32,240 bases of DNA from Dehalococcoidia bacterium (GTDB lineage Bacteria > Chloroflexota > Dehalococcoidia > Lucifugimonadales > UBA3495). Location: contig JASLXV010000017.1 of NCBI GenBank assembly GCA_030740155.1, forward strand, positions 1 to 32,240, given 5' to 3'. This document shows, one piece after another, positions 8,565 to 16,142 of the stretch. The notes under the pieces were generated by a model. The model was given only the letters and a program-made list of their open reading frames with translations, had not been told where the DNA came from and made no database searches. The translations under genes and the position numbers were made by a program. The first letter of the stretch is position 1, and every line of letters starts with the position of its first letter.

Positions 8565-9512
8565 CTAGCCGATCCCCTCCCGGCGGTAGTACTCGGTGAA
8601 CCATCGCGGGTCTTCCCGGAACTCCACTGTCCCGTCCGGGTAGATGCGGCCGACGGCCCGCCGGTAGGCGGTGCAGAATTGGGAGATGGCTACCGGGACG
8701 CCCCCGGTGTGGGTGTAGGCTATCTCGATGTGCACGTCCAGGGCGGTGGTATCTCCACCCACGCCCATAACCCCGAAGCCGGTGCGGTCGGCCAGATCCA
8801 GTAGCTCCTCTTCCAGGGTGGCCACCGCCGGGTCGGGGTGCCGCTCTCCGATCAGCCGCAGGCAGGCAGCCTCCTTGGAGAGGCGGACGGCCTGGTCCTT
8901 GGTGCCGCCCAGTCCCACGCCGACCACCACCGGGGGGCAGGACAGGCCCCGCCGGGCGAACTCGGCCATGTTGTCCAGCAGGAACCGCTTTATGCCGTCC
9001 CGCCCGTCGGCGGGGAACAGCATCCGGTAGTCGGTGCCGAACAGGCCGCCCTTGTGGACGGCGATCAAGTCGATCCAGCTGGCATCGGGCTCGAAGGAGT
9101 AGTCCACGTTGGGGGCGTAGACCCCCACGTTGTTGCCGGGGTTGCGCCGGGTCAGAGGATGTACCCGGTTGGCCCGGAGCTGGATGTCCTGGGTGATGTC
9201 GGCAACCGCCCGCCGCAGGGACCGCTCCAGGGCGACGAAGCCGCCCTCGATGACCGCCTCGTTGCCGGCCTTCACGTAGTAGCGGGGCAGGCCGGTGTCC
9301 CCACACATGGGCCGGGCATCGGCGACCGCCACCTTGGCGTTTTCGATCAGGCGGCCCAGGATGACCCGGGCCAAGGGCTTGCTCTCCCGCTCCCAGGCCT
9401 GGCCGAACGCCACCAGGCCGTCCTGAGGCACCACGATGGCAGCCCGCTTGTTGGCCTCATAGGCGACCTGATAGATGAGTTCTTGGGAGATGCCGGTGGC
9501 GTCGGCAGTCAT
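8565..9512 (-). CDS. Fe-S hydro-lyase alpha subunit (class I fumarase/tartrate dehydratase family)
   Basis: PMCGDTG, VHPLTRRNPGNN, CPPVVVGVGLGG, GVMGVGGDTT, FCTAYRR; ATG at 9512 with GAGAGG upstream is preferred over ORF-track 9608. Confidence 0.88.
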   Translation of the reverse strand: MTADATGISQELIYQVAYEANKRAAIVVPQDGLVAFGQAWERESKPLARVILGRLIENAKVAVADARPMCGDTGLPRYYVKAGNEAVIEGGFVALERSLRRAVADITQDIQLRANRVHPLTRRNPGNNVGVYAPNVDYSFEPDASWIDLIAVHKGGLFGTDYRMLFPADGRDGIKRFLLDNMAEFARRGLSCPPVVVGVGLGGTKDQAVRLSKEAACLRLIGERHPDPAVATLEEELLDLADRTGFGVMGVGGDTTALDVHIEIAYTHTGGVPVAISQFCTAYRRAVGRIYPDGTVEFREDPRWFTEYYRREGIG

Positions 9513-9631
9513 GCCTCTCACACTACCACAAGTTGGGGCGGGCGGGAATGTTGCCAGGGTTGGAAGCAGGACAATCGGGTTCGGCACTTTGTCCGAGGGA
9601 GAGGGCACACCACCACGATGGTGTCTCCCAA

Positions 9632-9731
9632 TCGTTCCGGCGAAAACCGGAACTCAGGGATGCAGGCTCCGCTGCGCGGTTTGCCAGGTGTCGAGTGGCG
9701 CGCCTGGATTCCGGCCCGCGCCGGAATGACG
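9632..9731. repeat. Family C REP-like doublet (two inverted palindromic units)
   Basis: TCGTTCCGGCGAAAACCGGAACTCAG (9632-9657) and CTGGATTCCGGCCCGCGCCGGAATGACG (9704-9731); same motif as the units around the GIY-YIG gene. Confidence 0.8.
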
Positions 9732-9870
9732 AAGGGGAGCAGCCGGACCGCTTTCTTCACCGCTCCGGAATCTCTGAGGGCCAAGGGGAGCCGAAGCCTG
9801 CATTTACTGGCCTCTGAATTGACAACAAAATTTGATCGAGGGCTTGGCCGACGGGCAAAATGCCCCTGTT

Positions 9871-9904
9871 TCCCCCTTTGGTAAAGGGGGACTAAGGAGG
9901 ATTT
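9871..9904. repeat. Family D hairpin repeat
   Basis: TCCCCCTTT-GGT-AAAGGGGGA followed by CTAAGGAGGATTT; related copies at 21428-21494 and 23815-23847. Confidence 0.7.
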
Positions 9905-10052
9905 CCTCGGCGAAGGGCCCAGGGGGATTTCCTCGCCAGCTTCACCGCGCACTCAAGGCACCGTAAGACACGATTTGCCGCGGATTCGGCGGCCCGGTTG
10001 ACAGCCTTTTGCCATCCTGTGTGGAGCCGGGCGTGCGGTAGCAGGCCGCCCC

Positions 10053-10081
10053 TTGCGTTGCTGCAAGAAGTGCCTTATATT
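10053..10081 (+). promoter_or_regulatory. Candidate sigma70 promoter for the sdhA-like gene
   Basis: TTGCGT (10053-10058)-N17-TATATT (10076-10081), upstream of ATG 10113. Confidence 0.5.
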
Positions 10082-10112
10082 TCCGGCCAGAGGAGCGGAC
10101 GAGCGGAGCCAC

Positions 10113-11831
10113 ATGTACGAGAGCCTGGCCATGGACATCCTCATCCTGGGCGGCGGAGGCGCGGGCCTGATGGCGGCGCTTCACGCCCGCCGCAAAGGCC
10201 CCGACCTGCGCATCGCCGTGGCCGCCAAGGGATTGGTCGGCCAGAGCGGGTGCACCCGCATGGTGCAAGGGGGCTATAACGCGGTCATGGACCCCCGGGA
10301 CTCCTTCGATCTCCACTTTGAAGATACGGTCCGGGGCGGGGCTTTCATCAATGACCAGGAGTTGGCCTGGGTGCTGGTCAATCAGGCCCCCGGCATCATC
10401 GGAGAGCTGGAGCGGCTGGGCTGTTTCTTCGACCGCGACCGTGACGGGCGCATCTATCAAAAGGCCTTCGCCGGGCAGACCTTCGACCGCACGGTGCACC
10501 GGGGCGACCTGACCGGCATCGAGATCATGTCCCGGCTCAAGGAAAACGTCCTGGCCTCCGGCCTCCTCTTGTTGGACGAGCAGCGGGCGGTTTCCCTGCT
10601 GGCCGATGGGGAAGGGCGGACCGGCGGCGCGCTGTTGCTCGACATACGCACCGGGGGCTTCACCGCCGTTAGCGCCAAAGCCACCCTGGTGGCCACCGGA
10701 GGGGGCGCCCGCATGTACAGCATCGCGGCCCCCTCTCTCGAAAAGTCCGGTGACGGTATGGCCCTGTGCTATCGGGCCAGCTGCGTGATGCGCGACATGG
10801 AGATGTTCCAGTTCCACCCCACCGGGCTGGTGGCGGGCAAGTCCATTCTGACCGGGGCGGTGCTGGAAGAGGGGTTGCGGGGCGCCGGAGGGTACCTGTA
10901 CAACTCCCTGGGGGAGCGGTTCATGGAGCGGCACGATTCTCAGAGGATGGAGCGCTCCACCAGGGATCTGGTGTCCCGGGCCGCGTACATGGAGATTCAG
11001 GCGGGGCGGGCCACCCCCGATGGCGCGGTTCTCCTCGACGTCTCTCACCTGGGGGCCGAGTTTGTGGAGAAGACTTTTCCCGGCATGGTGGATCGTTGCC
11101 GGGAGGTGGGCTTCGACCTGGCCCGGGCCCCGGTCAAGGTCTCTCCTACCGCCCATTTCCACATGGGCGGGGCTGTTATCGACCCATGGTGCCGCACCGG
11201 CCTGGAAGGACTCTTCGTCGCCGGCGAAGACTCCGGGGGCGTTCACGGCGCCAACCGGCTGGGCGGCAACGGCGTGGCCGAATCCACCGTGTTCGGGGCC
11301 CTTGCCGGAGACGCCATGGCCGAGTTCGTGGCCGGCCGTCCCCAACCCGATCCGGTCCCGGCGCAGGTGAAAGAGGCGGTGGCCGAGGCGGTCCGGCCGT
11401 TGCGCCAGGAAGACGGCCGGTTAGACGGAGAGAACATACACGCCATCCGCCGGGAGATCGAAGACCTGATGTGGGTCCAGGGTGGCGTGGTGCGCGACGG
11501 CCCCGGCCTGGAGTCGGCCATCGCCGGCCTCGATGAACTGGAGGAACGGGCGGCCCGCGCTCCGGTGCCTCCGCTGCGGGAGTACAACCTGGCCTGGCAG
11601 GAGTGGCTCAACGTGCAGAACATCCTGACGGTGGCCCGGCTGACCTGCCAGAGCGCCTTGGCCCGCCGGGAGTCCCGCGGCTCTCACTACCGCAGCGATT
11701 TCCCCGATACCGACAACCGGGAATGGCTTTGCAACATCCTGGTTCGGCGGGACTCGGACGGCGCGCCAGAGGTGTGGCGGGAAGAGGCGAAGCTGACCCG
11801 CCTGCAGCCCGGCCCATCGGTGTCCCCGTGA
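10113..11831 (+). CDS. sdhA: Succinate dehydrogenase/fumarate reductase-family flavoprotein subunit (atypical; lacks the FAD-linking His)
   Basis: ILGGGGAG dinucleotide fold, QFHPTG, STRDLVSRA, HFHMGG, HGANRLGGN, RRESRGSHYRSD; GGAG RBS before ATG 10113. Confidence 0.88.
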   Translation: MYESLAMDILILGGGGAGLMAALHARRKGPDLRIAVAAKGLVGQSGCTRMVQGGYNAVMDPRDSFDLHFEDTVRGGAFINDQELAWVLVNQAPGIIGELERLGCFFDRDRDGRIYQKAFAGQTFDRTVHRGDLTGIEIMSRLKENVLASGLLLLDEQRAVSLLADGEGRTGGALLLDIRTGGFTAVSAKATLVATGGGARMYSIAAPSLEKSGDGMALCYRASCVMRDMEMFQFHPTGLVAGKSILTGAVLEEGLRGAGGYLYNSLGERFMERHDSQRMERSTRDLVSRAAYMEIQAGRATPDGAVLLDVSHLGAEFVEKTFPGMVDRCREVGFDLARAPVKVSPTAHFHMGGAVIDPWCRTGLEGLFVAGEDSGGVHGANRLGGNGVAESTVFGALAGDAMAEFVAGRPQPDPVPAQVKEAVAEAVRPLRQEDGRLDGENIHAIRREIEDLMWVQGGVVRDGPGLESAIAGLDELEERAARAPVPPLREYNLAWQEWLNVQNILTVARLTCQSALARRESRGSHYRSDFPDTDNREWLCNILVRRDSDGAPEVWREEAKLTRLQPGPSVSP

Positions 11832-11991
11832 AAGACCCGGATGTCTTCTGCTATATATCCTGAACTCAGGAAAGAAAGACTCGCCCTGCAGCTAGGGACG
11901 GCTGAGGAAACCGCCGAAAGCGAGGGCACCGGTAAGCATGAAGCATCCAGCGAACGGGACCAACGCGCCGAGGTGCTATGCATGGGCCATA

Positions 11992-12020
11992 TTGCGGAGA
12001 TGGGTTGATGTTCTTATACT
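11992..12020 (+). promoter_or_regulatory. Candidate sigma70 promoter for aprBA
   Basis: TTGCGG (11992-11997)-N17-TATACT (12015-12020); GAGGTG RBS before ATG 12046. Confidence 0.6.
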
Positions 12021-12045
12021 GTAACGTTGCATGCGAGGTGAATAG

Positions 12046-12492
12046 ATGCCGACGTTTGTAAACCCCGAAAAGTGCGATGGCTGCAAGGCCCTGGACAAAC
12101 CTGCCTGTATGTACATCTGCCCCGCCGACCTGATGAAGCTGGACGCGTCGATCGGGAAGGGCTTCAACCAGGAACCCGATACCTGCTGGGAATGCTACTC
12201 TTGTGTCAAGATGTGCCCCCAGTCGGCTATCGACCTCAGAGGCTACGCCGACGTGATGCCCATGGGAGCGACGGCGACTCCCTTGAGGGGGACGGACTCC
12301 ATCATTTGGGCCGTGAAGTTCCGGAATGGGACGCTGAAACGGTTCCGGTTCCCCATCAGGACCACACCCTGGGGGTCCATCGAGCCCCACGGCAAGGCGG
12401 ACGCACCCGGACTGGAAGACTTGAGGACACCTGCCATGGCAGCGGAGATATGTTACCTTGGCGTGGACGGCCTTCCCGTGCCCGCGAAATAA
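12046..12492 (+). CDS. aprB: Adenylylsulfate (APS) reductase beta subunit
   Basis: MPTFVNPEKCDGCK...ACMYICP, CWECYSCVKMCPQ, RGYAD, FRNG..KRFRFPIRTTPWGS. Confidence 0.97.
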   Translation: MPTFVNPEKCDGCKALDKPACMYICPADLMKLDASIGKGFNQEPDTCWECYSCVKMCPQSAIDLRGYADVMPMGATATPLRGTDSIIWAVKFRNGTLKRFRFPIRTTPWGSIEPHGKADAPGLEDLRTPAMAAEICYLGVDGLPVPAK

Positions 12493-12507
12493 CGCGGGCC
12501 TTTTTTT
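12480..12507 (+). terminator. Intrinsic-terminator-like hairpin overlapping the aprB stop codon
   Basis: GCCCGCG-AAATAA-CGCGGGC then C and T7 (12501-12507). Confidence 0.55.
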
Positions 12508-12538
12508 GAACCCAGACAATATCAGCAGGGAGTAAGGC

Positions 12539-14407
12539 ATGGCTGAGCCCAGGACCGAAGTGGTTGAATGCGACGTCTTGGTTATCGGCGGCGGGATGGC
12601 CGGCTGCGGAGCGGCTTACGAGGCCGCCCATTGGGCCAAAGTGAAGGGCCTGCGAGTCGTGCTGGTGGAGAAGGCTGCTATCGAAAGAAGCGGCGCCGTG
12701 GCCATGGGTCTCTCCGCTATCAACATGTACATGGGCATGAAATGGGGAGAAAACACCCCGGAGGACTTTGTCCGCTACGTGCGCAATGAGACCCTGGGAC
12801 TCTCCCGGGAAGACCTGACCTTCGACATCGCCCGCCACGTCGACGCCACCGTCCACATGTTCGAGGAGTGGGGCCTCCCCTTCTTCAAAACCCCCGAGGG
12901 ACGGTACGTCCGGGAAGGACGCTGGCAGGTCATGATCCACGGCGAGTCGTACAAGCCCATCGTCGCCGAGGCGGCCAAGGCCGCCATCGGGGACGGGAAC
13001 CTCTACGAGCGCGTGTTTATCTCCCACCTGCTCACTGATCCCAACGACCCGAACACCATCGCCGGGGCCGTCGGGTTCAGCGTCCGGGACAACGTCGTCT
13101 ACGTGTTCAAGGCCAAGGCCGTGATCTGCTCCGCGGGAGGCGCCGTCAACCTCTGGCGGCCCCACGCCGTGGGCGAGGGGCTGGGCCGGGCCTGGTACAC
13201 CGTGTTCAACACCGGGTCGGTGTACGCCCTGATGCTCCAGGTTGGCGCCGAAATGAGCCAGATGGAGCACCGGATAGTGCAGACCCGCTTCAAGGACGGC
13301 TACGGCCCGGTGGGTATGTACTTCCTGATGTTCCACTCCAAGGCCAGCAACGCCTACGGCGAAGAGTACGAGCAGACCCGCAAGCACGAATTGGAGGGCT
13401 GGCAGCCCTACGCCGGCGCCGCGCCCATGCCCACTCCCCTCAGAAACCACCTGATGCTTCGGGACATCCAGGAGGGCAAGGGACCCATCTTCATGCGTAC
13501 CGCCGCGGCCATGCAGAAGATGATGGAGGGAGCCGACGCCGCCGGAAAACGCGCGGTGGAAAGCGACGCTTGGGAAGACTTCCTGGACATGACCATATCC
13601 CAGGCGCTGTTGTGGGCGTCCAACAACATCGACCCCGCCATAACCGACTCCGAGCTGGTGCTGACCGAACCGTACCTCATGGGCTCCCACGCCGGGACCT
13701 CCGGCGCTTGGGTCAGCGGGCCGGAGGACGTGGCCCCCTCCGAGTACTTCTGGGGCTACAACCGGATGACCACCGTCAATGGCCTCTTCGCCGCCGGAGA
13801 CGGGGTGGGCTGCTCCGCTCACAAGTTCTCCTCGGGCTCCTACACCGAGGGCCGGTTGGCGGCCAAGGGGGCGGTCAACTACGTCTACGACCACCCGGGG
13901 CCTGCCAGCATCGACGACGGCCGGGTTGATGAGATTGCCCGCGACCTGTGGCGGCCCTTGCTTCATTTCGAGGAGCACCGGCACGAGACGACCCGGGAGG
14001 AGATCAACCCCAACTACCTGCTGCCCAATCAGGCTTTGCACCGGCTCCAGAAGATCATGGACGAGTACGGCGGCGGCTGGGGCTCCGGGTACATGACCAA
14101 CCGGCCGATGCTGGAGCGGGGACTGGAGCACCTGGCCATGCTCCGAGAGGATCTGCCCAACCTGGGCGCCGTCGACCTCCATGGCCTGCTGCGGTGCTGG
14201 GAGTTGATCCACCGGCTCTGGTGCGGAGAGACCCACCTGCGTCACCTTCTGTACCGGGAAGAGACCCGCTGGCCCGGCTACTACTACCGGGGGGACTTCC
14301 CCGGACTGGACGACGAGAACTGGAAGCTGTTCGCCAACTCGCGCTACAACTCGACCAGCGGGCAGTGGGAGTTCTCGAAGAAGCCCTACATTCCCGTCGT
14401 TGAGTAG
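12539..14407 (+). CDS. aprA: Adenylylsulfate (APS) reductase alpha (flavoprotein) subunit
   Basis: GGGMAGCGAA, ERSGAVAMGLSAIN, WQVMIHGESYK, GEGLGRAWY, RFKDGYGPVG, WEDFLDMT, HKFSSGSYTEGR, EETRWPGYYYRGD. Confidence 0.97.
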   Translation: MAEPRTEVVECDVLVIGGGMAGCGAAYEAAHWAKVKGLRVVLVEKAAIERSGAVAMGLSAINMYMGMKWGENTPEDFVRYVRNETLGLSREDLTFDIARHVDATVHMFEEWGLPFFKTPEGRYVREGRWQVMIHGESYKPIVAEAAKAAIGDGNLYERVFISHLLTDPNDPNTIAGAVGFSVRDNVVYVFKAKAVICSAGGAVNLWRPHAVGEGLGRAWYTVFNTGSVYALMLQVGAEMSQMEHRIVQTRFKDGYGPVGMYFLMFHSKASNAYGEEYEQTRKHELEGWQPYAGAAPMPTPLRNHLMLRDIQEGKGPIFMRTAAAMQKMMEGADAAGKRAVESDAWEDFLDMTISQALLWASNNIDPAITDSELVLTEPYLMGSHAGTSGAWVSGPEDVAPSEYFWGYNRMTTVNGLFAAGDGVGCSAHKFSSGSYTEGRLAAKGAVNYVYDHPGPASIDDGRVDEIARDLWRPLLHFEEHRHETTREEINPNYLLPNQALHRLQKIMDEYGGGWGSGYMTNRPMLERGLEHLAMLREDLPNLGAVDLHGLLRCWELIHRLWCGETHLRHLLYREETRWPGYYYRGDFPGLDDENWKLFANSRYNSTSGQWEFSKKPYIPVVE

Positions 14408-14653
14408 ATGGCGGCGGAGGCCGCGGTCGGACCAGGGCACAAGAATGAGGTCGAACCGGAGGTTGTCCCGATGCAGTCGACGGGACTGTTTCTTGGCGTG
14501 AGCGGCAACATGAGGAAGAAAGAAACCGCATTCAACGAACGTATCGCGGAGAAAGAGAAGGAAGGGTGGGAAGTAGTCGACATGCAAGTTACCCGGCCTT
14601 CATTCGGATCCCAGCCATGGATTATTTTACGCCTCGCCAGAGAACCAAATTAG
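14408..14653 (+). CDS. Small hypothetical protein (81 aa)
   Basis: ATG directly follows the aprA stop (TAGATG); natural-looking composition including EKEGWEVV; no confident family. Confidence 0.45.
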   Translation: MAAEAAVGPGHKNEVEPEVVPMQSTGLFLGVSGNMRKKETAFNERIAEKEKEGWEVVDMQVTRPSFGSQPWIILRLAREPN

Positions 14654-14839
14654 GACATTACCTAGCAGTAAGCAAAGTGGCTCATTCAGGCATGGCGTTT
14701 CTTGGGAAGATTTCGTTGTGAGCATGCCTTTCGATATTGGTCTGCCCAGAGAACAGACCGGGGTAGGAGTGGCGCGGAGCACCCGCGTTTCCCGAGTTCA
14801 CGGCTGTGGACGGCATGTTGGATTCGAAGGAATGACCGG

Positions 14840-16138
14840 TTGACGGCGACTGAAGCCAGGGAAGCAAGCGTCCTGGTGATCGGCAGCGGCATGGCCGGAT
14901 TAACGGCCGCGGTCGAATCCCTGGAGGCCGGCCACGACGTGTATATCGTGGAGAAGGAGGCCTACCTCGGAGGCCGGGTCGCCGGGTTCCACAAGTACTT
15001 TCCCAAGCTGTGTCCCCCTGCCTGCGGTCTCGAAATCAACTTCAGGCGGGTCAAGACTGGGCACCGTCACCTGAAGTTCTTCACCCTGGCCGAGGTGGAA
15101 AACGTGTCGGGCCAGGCCGGGAACTTCAACGTCAGCATCAAGCTGAACCCCCGCTTCGTGCTGGCCGACCGGTGCACCGCTTGCGCCGAGTGCGTCCCGG
15201 TCTGCCCCGTGGACCGGCCCAACGCCTTCAACTACGGCATGAACAACACCAAGGCCATCTACCTTCCCCACGAGATGGCCCTGCCCATGAAGTACGTCGT
15301 GGACCCGGGGACCTGCCTGGGCGACACCTGCAACAAGTGCGTCGAGGTCTGCCCCACCGATGCCATCGATCTGCACATGGCCCCCGATACCCTCAACCTT
15401 CAGGTGGGGTCGATCATCGTGGCGACGGGGTGGCGCCCCTATGAAGCTTCGAAGATCGATACCCTGGGCTTCGGCGAATACGACAACGTCATCAACAATG
15501 TCATGATGGAGCGGCTGGCAGCTCCCAACGGGCCCACCAGGGGGAAGCTGCTCCGGCCCTCCGATGGCGCGCCGGCCAAACGGGTCGCCTTCGTCCAGTG
15601 CGCCGGCTCCCGCGACGTCAACCACCTGCCGTACTGCTCCGCCATCTGCTGCCTCTCTTCCCTGAAAGAGGCGGCCTACGTCCGGGAGCAGTACCCGGAC
15701 TCCCAGGTGTACATTTTCTACATCGACATTCGCGCTTCCGGCGCCTACGAGGACTTCTTACAGCGAATGGAATCGGACGAGGGAATCCATTTCATCAAAG
15801 GCAAGGTGGCCAAGATCGAAGACGGGGCGGAGCCCGGAGACCTGGCGGTGGAGGCGGACGACATGCTGGCGGGAACCAAGGTGCGCGTGAACGTCGACCT
15901 GGTGGTCCTGGCCACCGGCATGGTTCCCAACTCGGCCGGCGAGAGGATCCCGGGCCTGGACCTGGAGAACGACGAGTTTGGGTTTGCCCTTGAGTCCCGG
16001 AAGACCGGCGTCCATATCGCCGGCGTCGTCCGGAGGCCGATGGACGTGGCCACGACCGTCCGGGATGGCACGGGGGCGGCCTTGAAGGCGGCGCAAAGCT
16101 CCGCCCCTGACCTGGCAAGAGTGACGGCGGGGCGATAG
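14840..16138 (+). CDS. qmoA: QmoA, HdrA-like flavoprotein/Fe-S subunit
   Basis: VLVIGSGMAG, YLGGRV...KYFPKLCPPACGLEIN, two ferredoxin motifs, QCAGSRD..HLPYCSAICC; TTG 14840 with GAAGGA RBS is preferred over 14702; position after aprA. Confidence 0.93.
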   Translation: MTATEAREASVLVIGSGMAGLTAAVESLEAGHDVYIVEKEAYLGGRVAGFHKYFPKLCPPACGLEINFRRVKTGHRHLKFFTLAEVENVSGQAGNFNVSIKLNPRFVLADRCTACAECVPVCPVDRPNAFNYGMNNTKAIYLPHEMALPMKYVVDPGTCLGDTCNKCVEVCPTDAIDLHMAPDTLNLQVGSIIVATGWRPYEASKIDTLGFGEYDNVINNVMMERLAAPNGPTRGKLLRPSDGAPAKRVAFVQCAGSRDVNHLPYCSAICCLSSLKEAAYVREQYPDSQVYIFYIDIRASGAYEDFLQRMESDEGIHFIKGKVAKIEDGAEPGDLAVEADDMLAGTKVRVNVDLVVLATGMVPNSAGERIPGLDLENDEFGFALESRKTGVHIAGVVRRPMDVATTVRDGTGAALKAAQSSAPDLARVTAGR

Positions 16139-16142
16139 CGTT

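Noticed and set aside
11841..12008. 55-codon ORF, and a CTGAGGA...GAAA hammerhead- or riboswitch-like stretch upstream of aprB
   Set aside because: The ORF has no RBS or motif and overlaps the aprB promoter. No stem II can form between CTGAGGA and GAAA, and the SAM-I consensus is not matched.
12356..14587. 743-aa minus-strand ORF, and similar long antisense or alternate-frame ORFs (9942..11345, 7012..8106, 16587..17726, 18340..19425, 8838..9884)
   Set aside because: They shadow well-supported genes in high-GC DNA and show no recognisable motifs.
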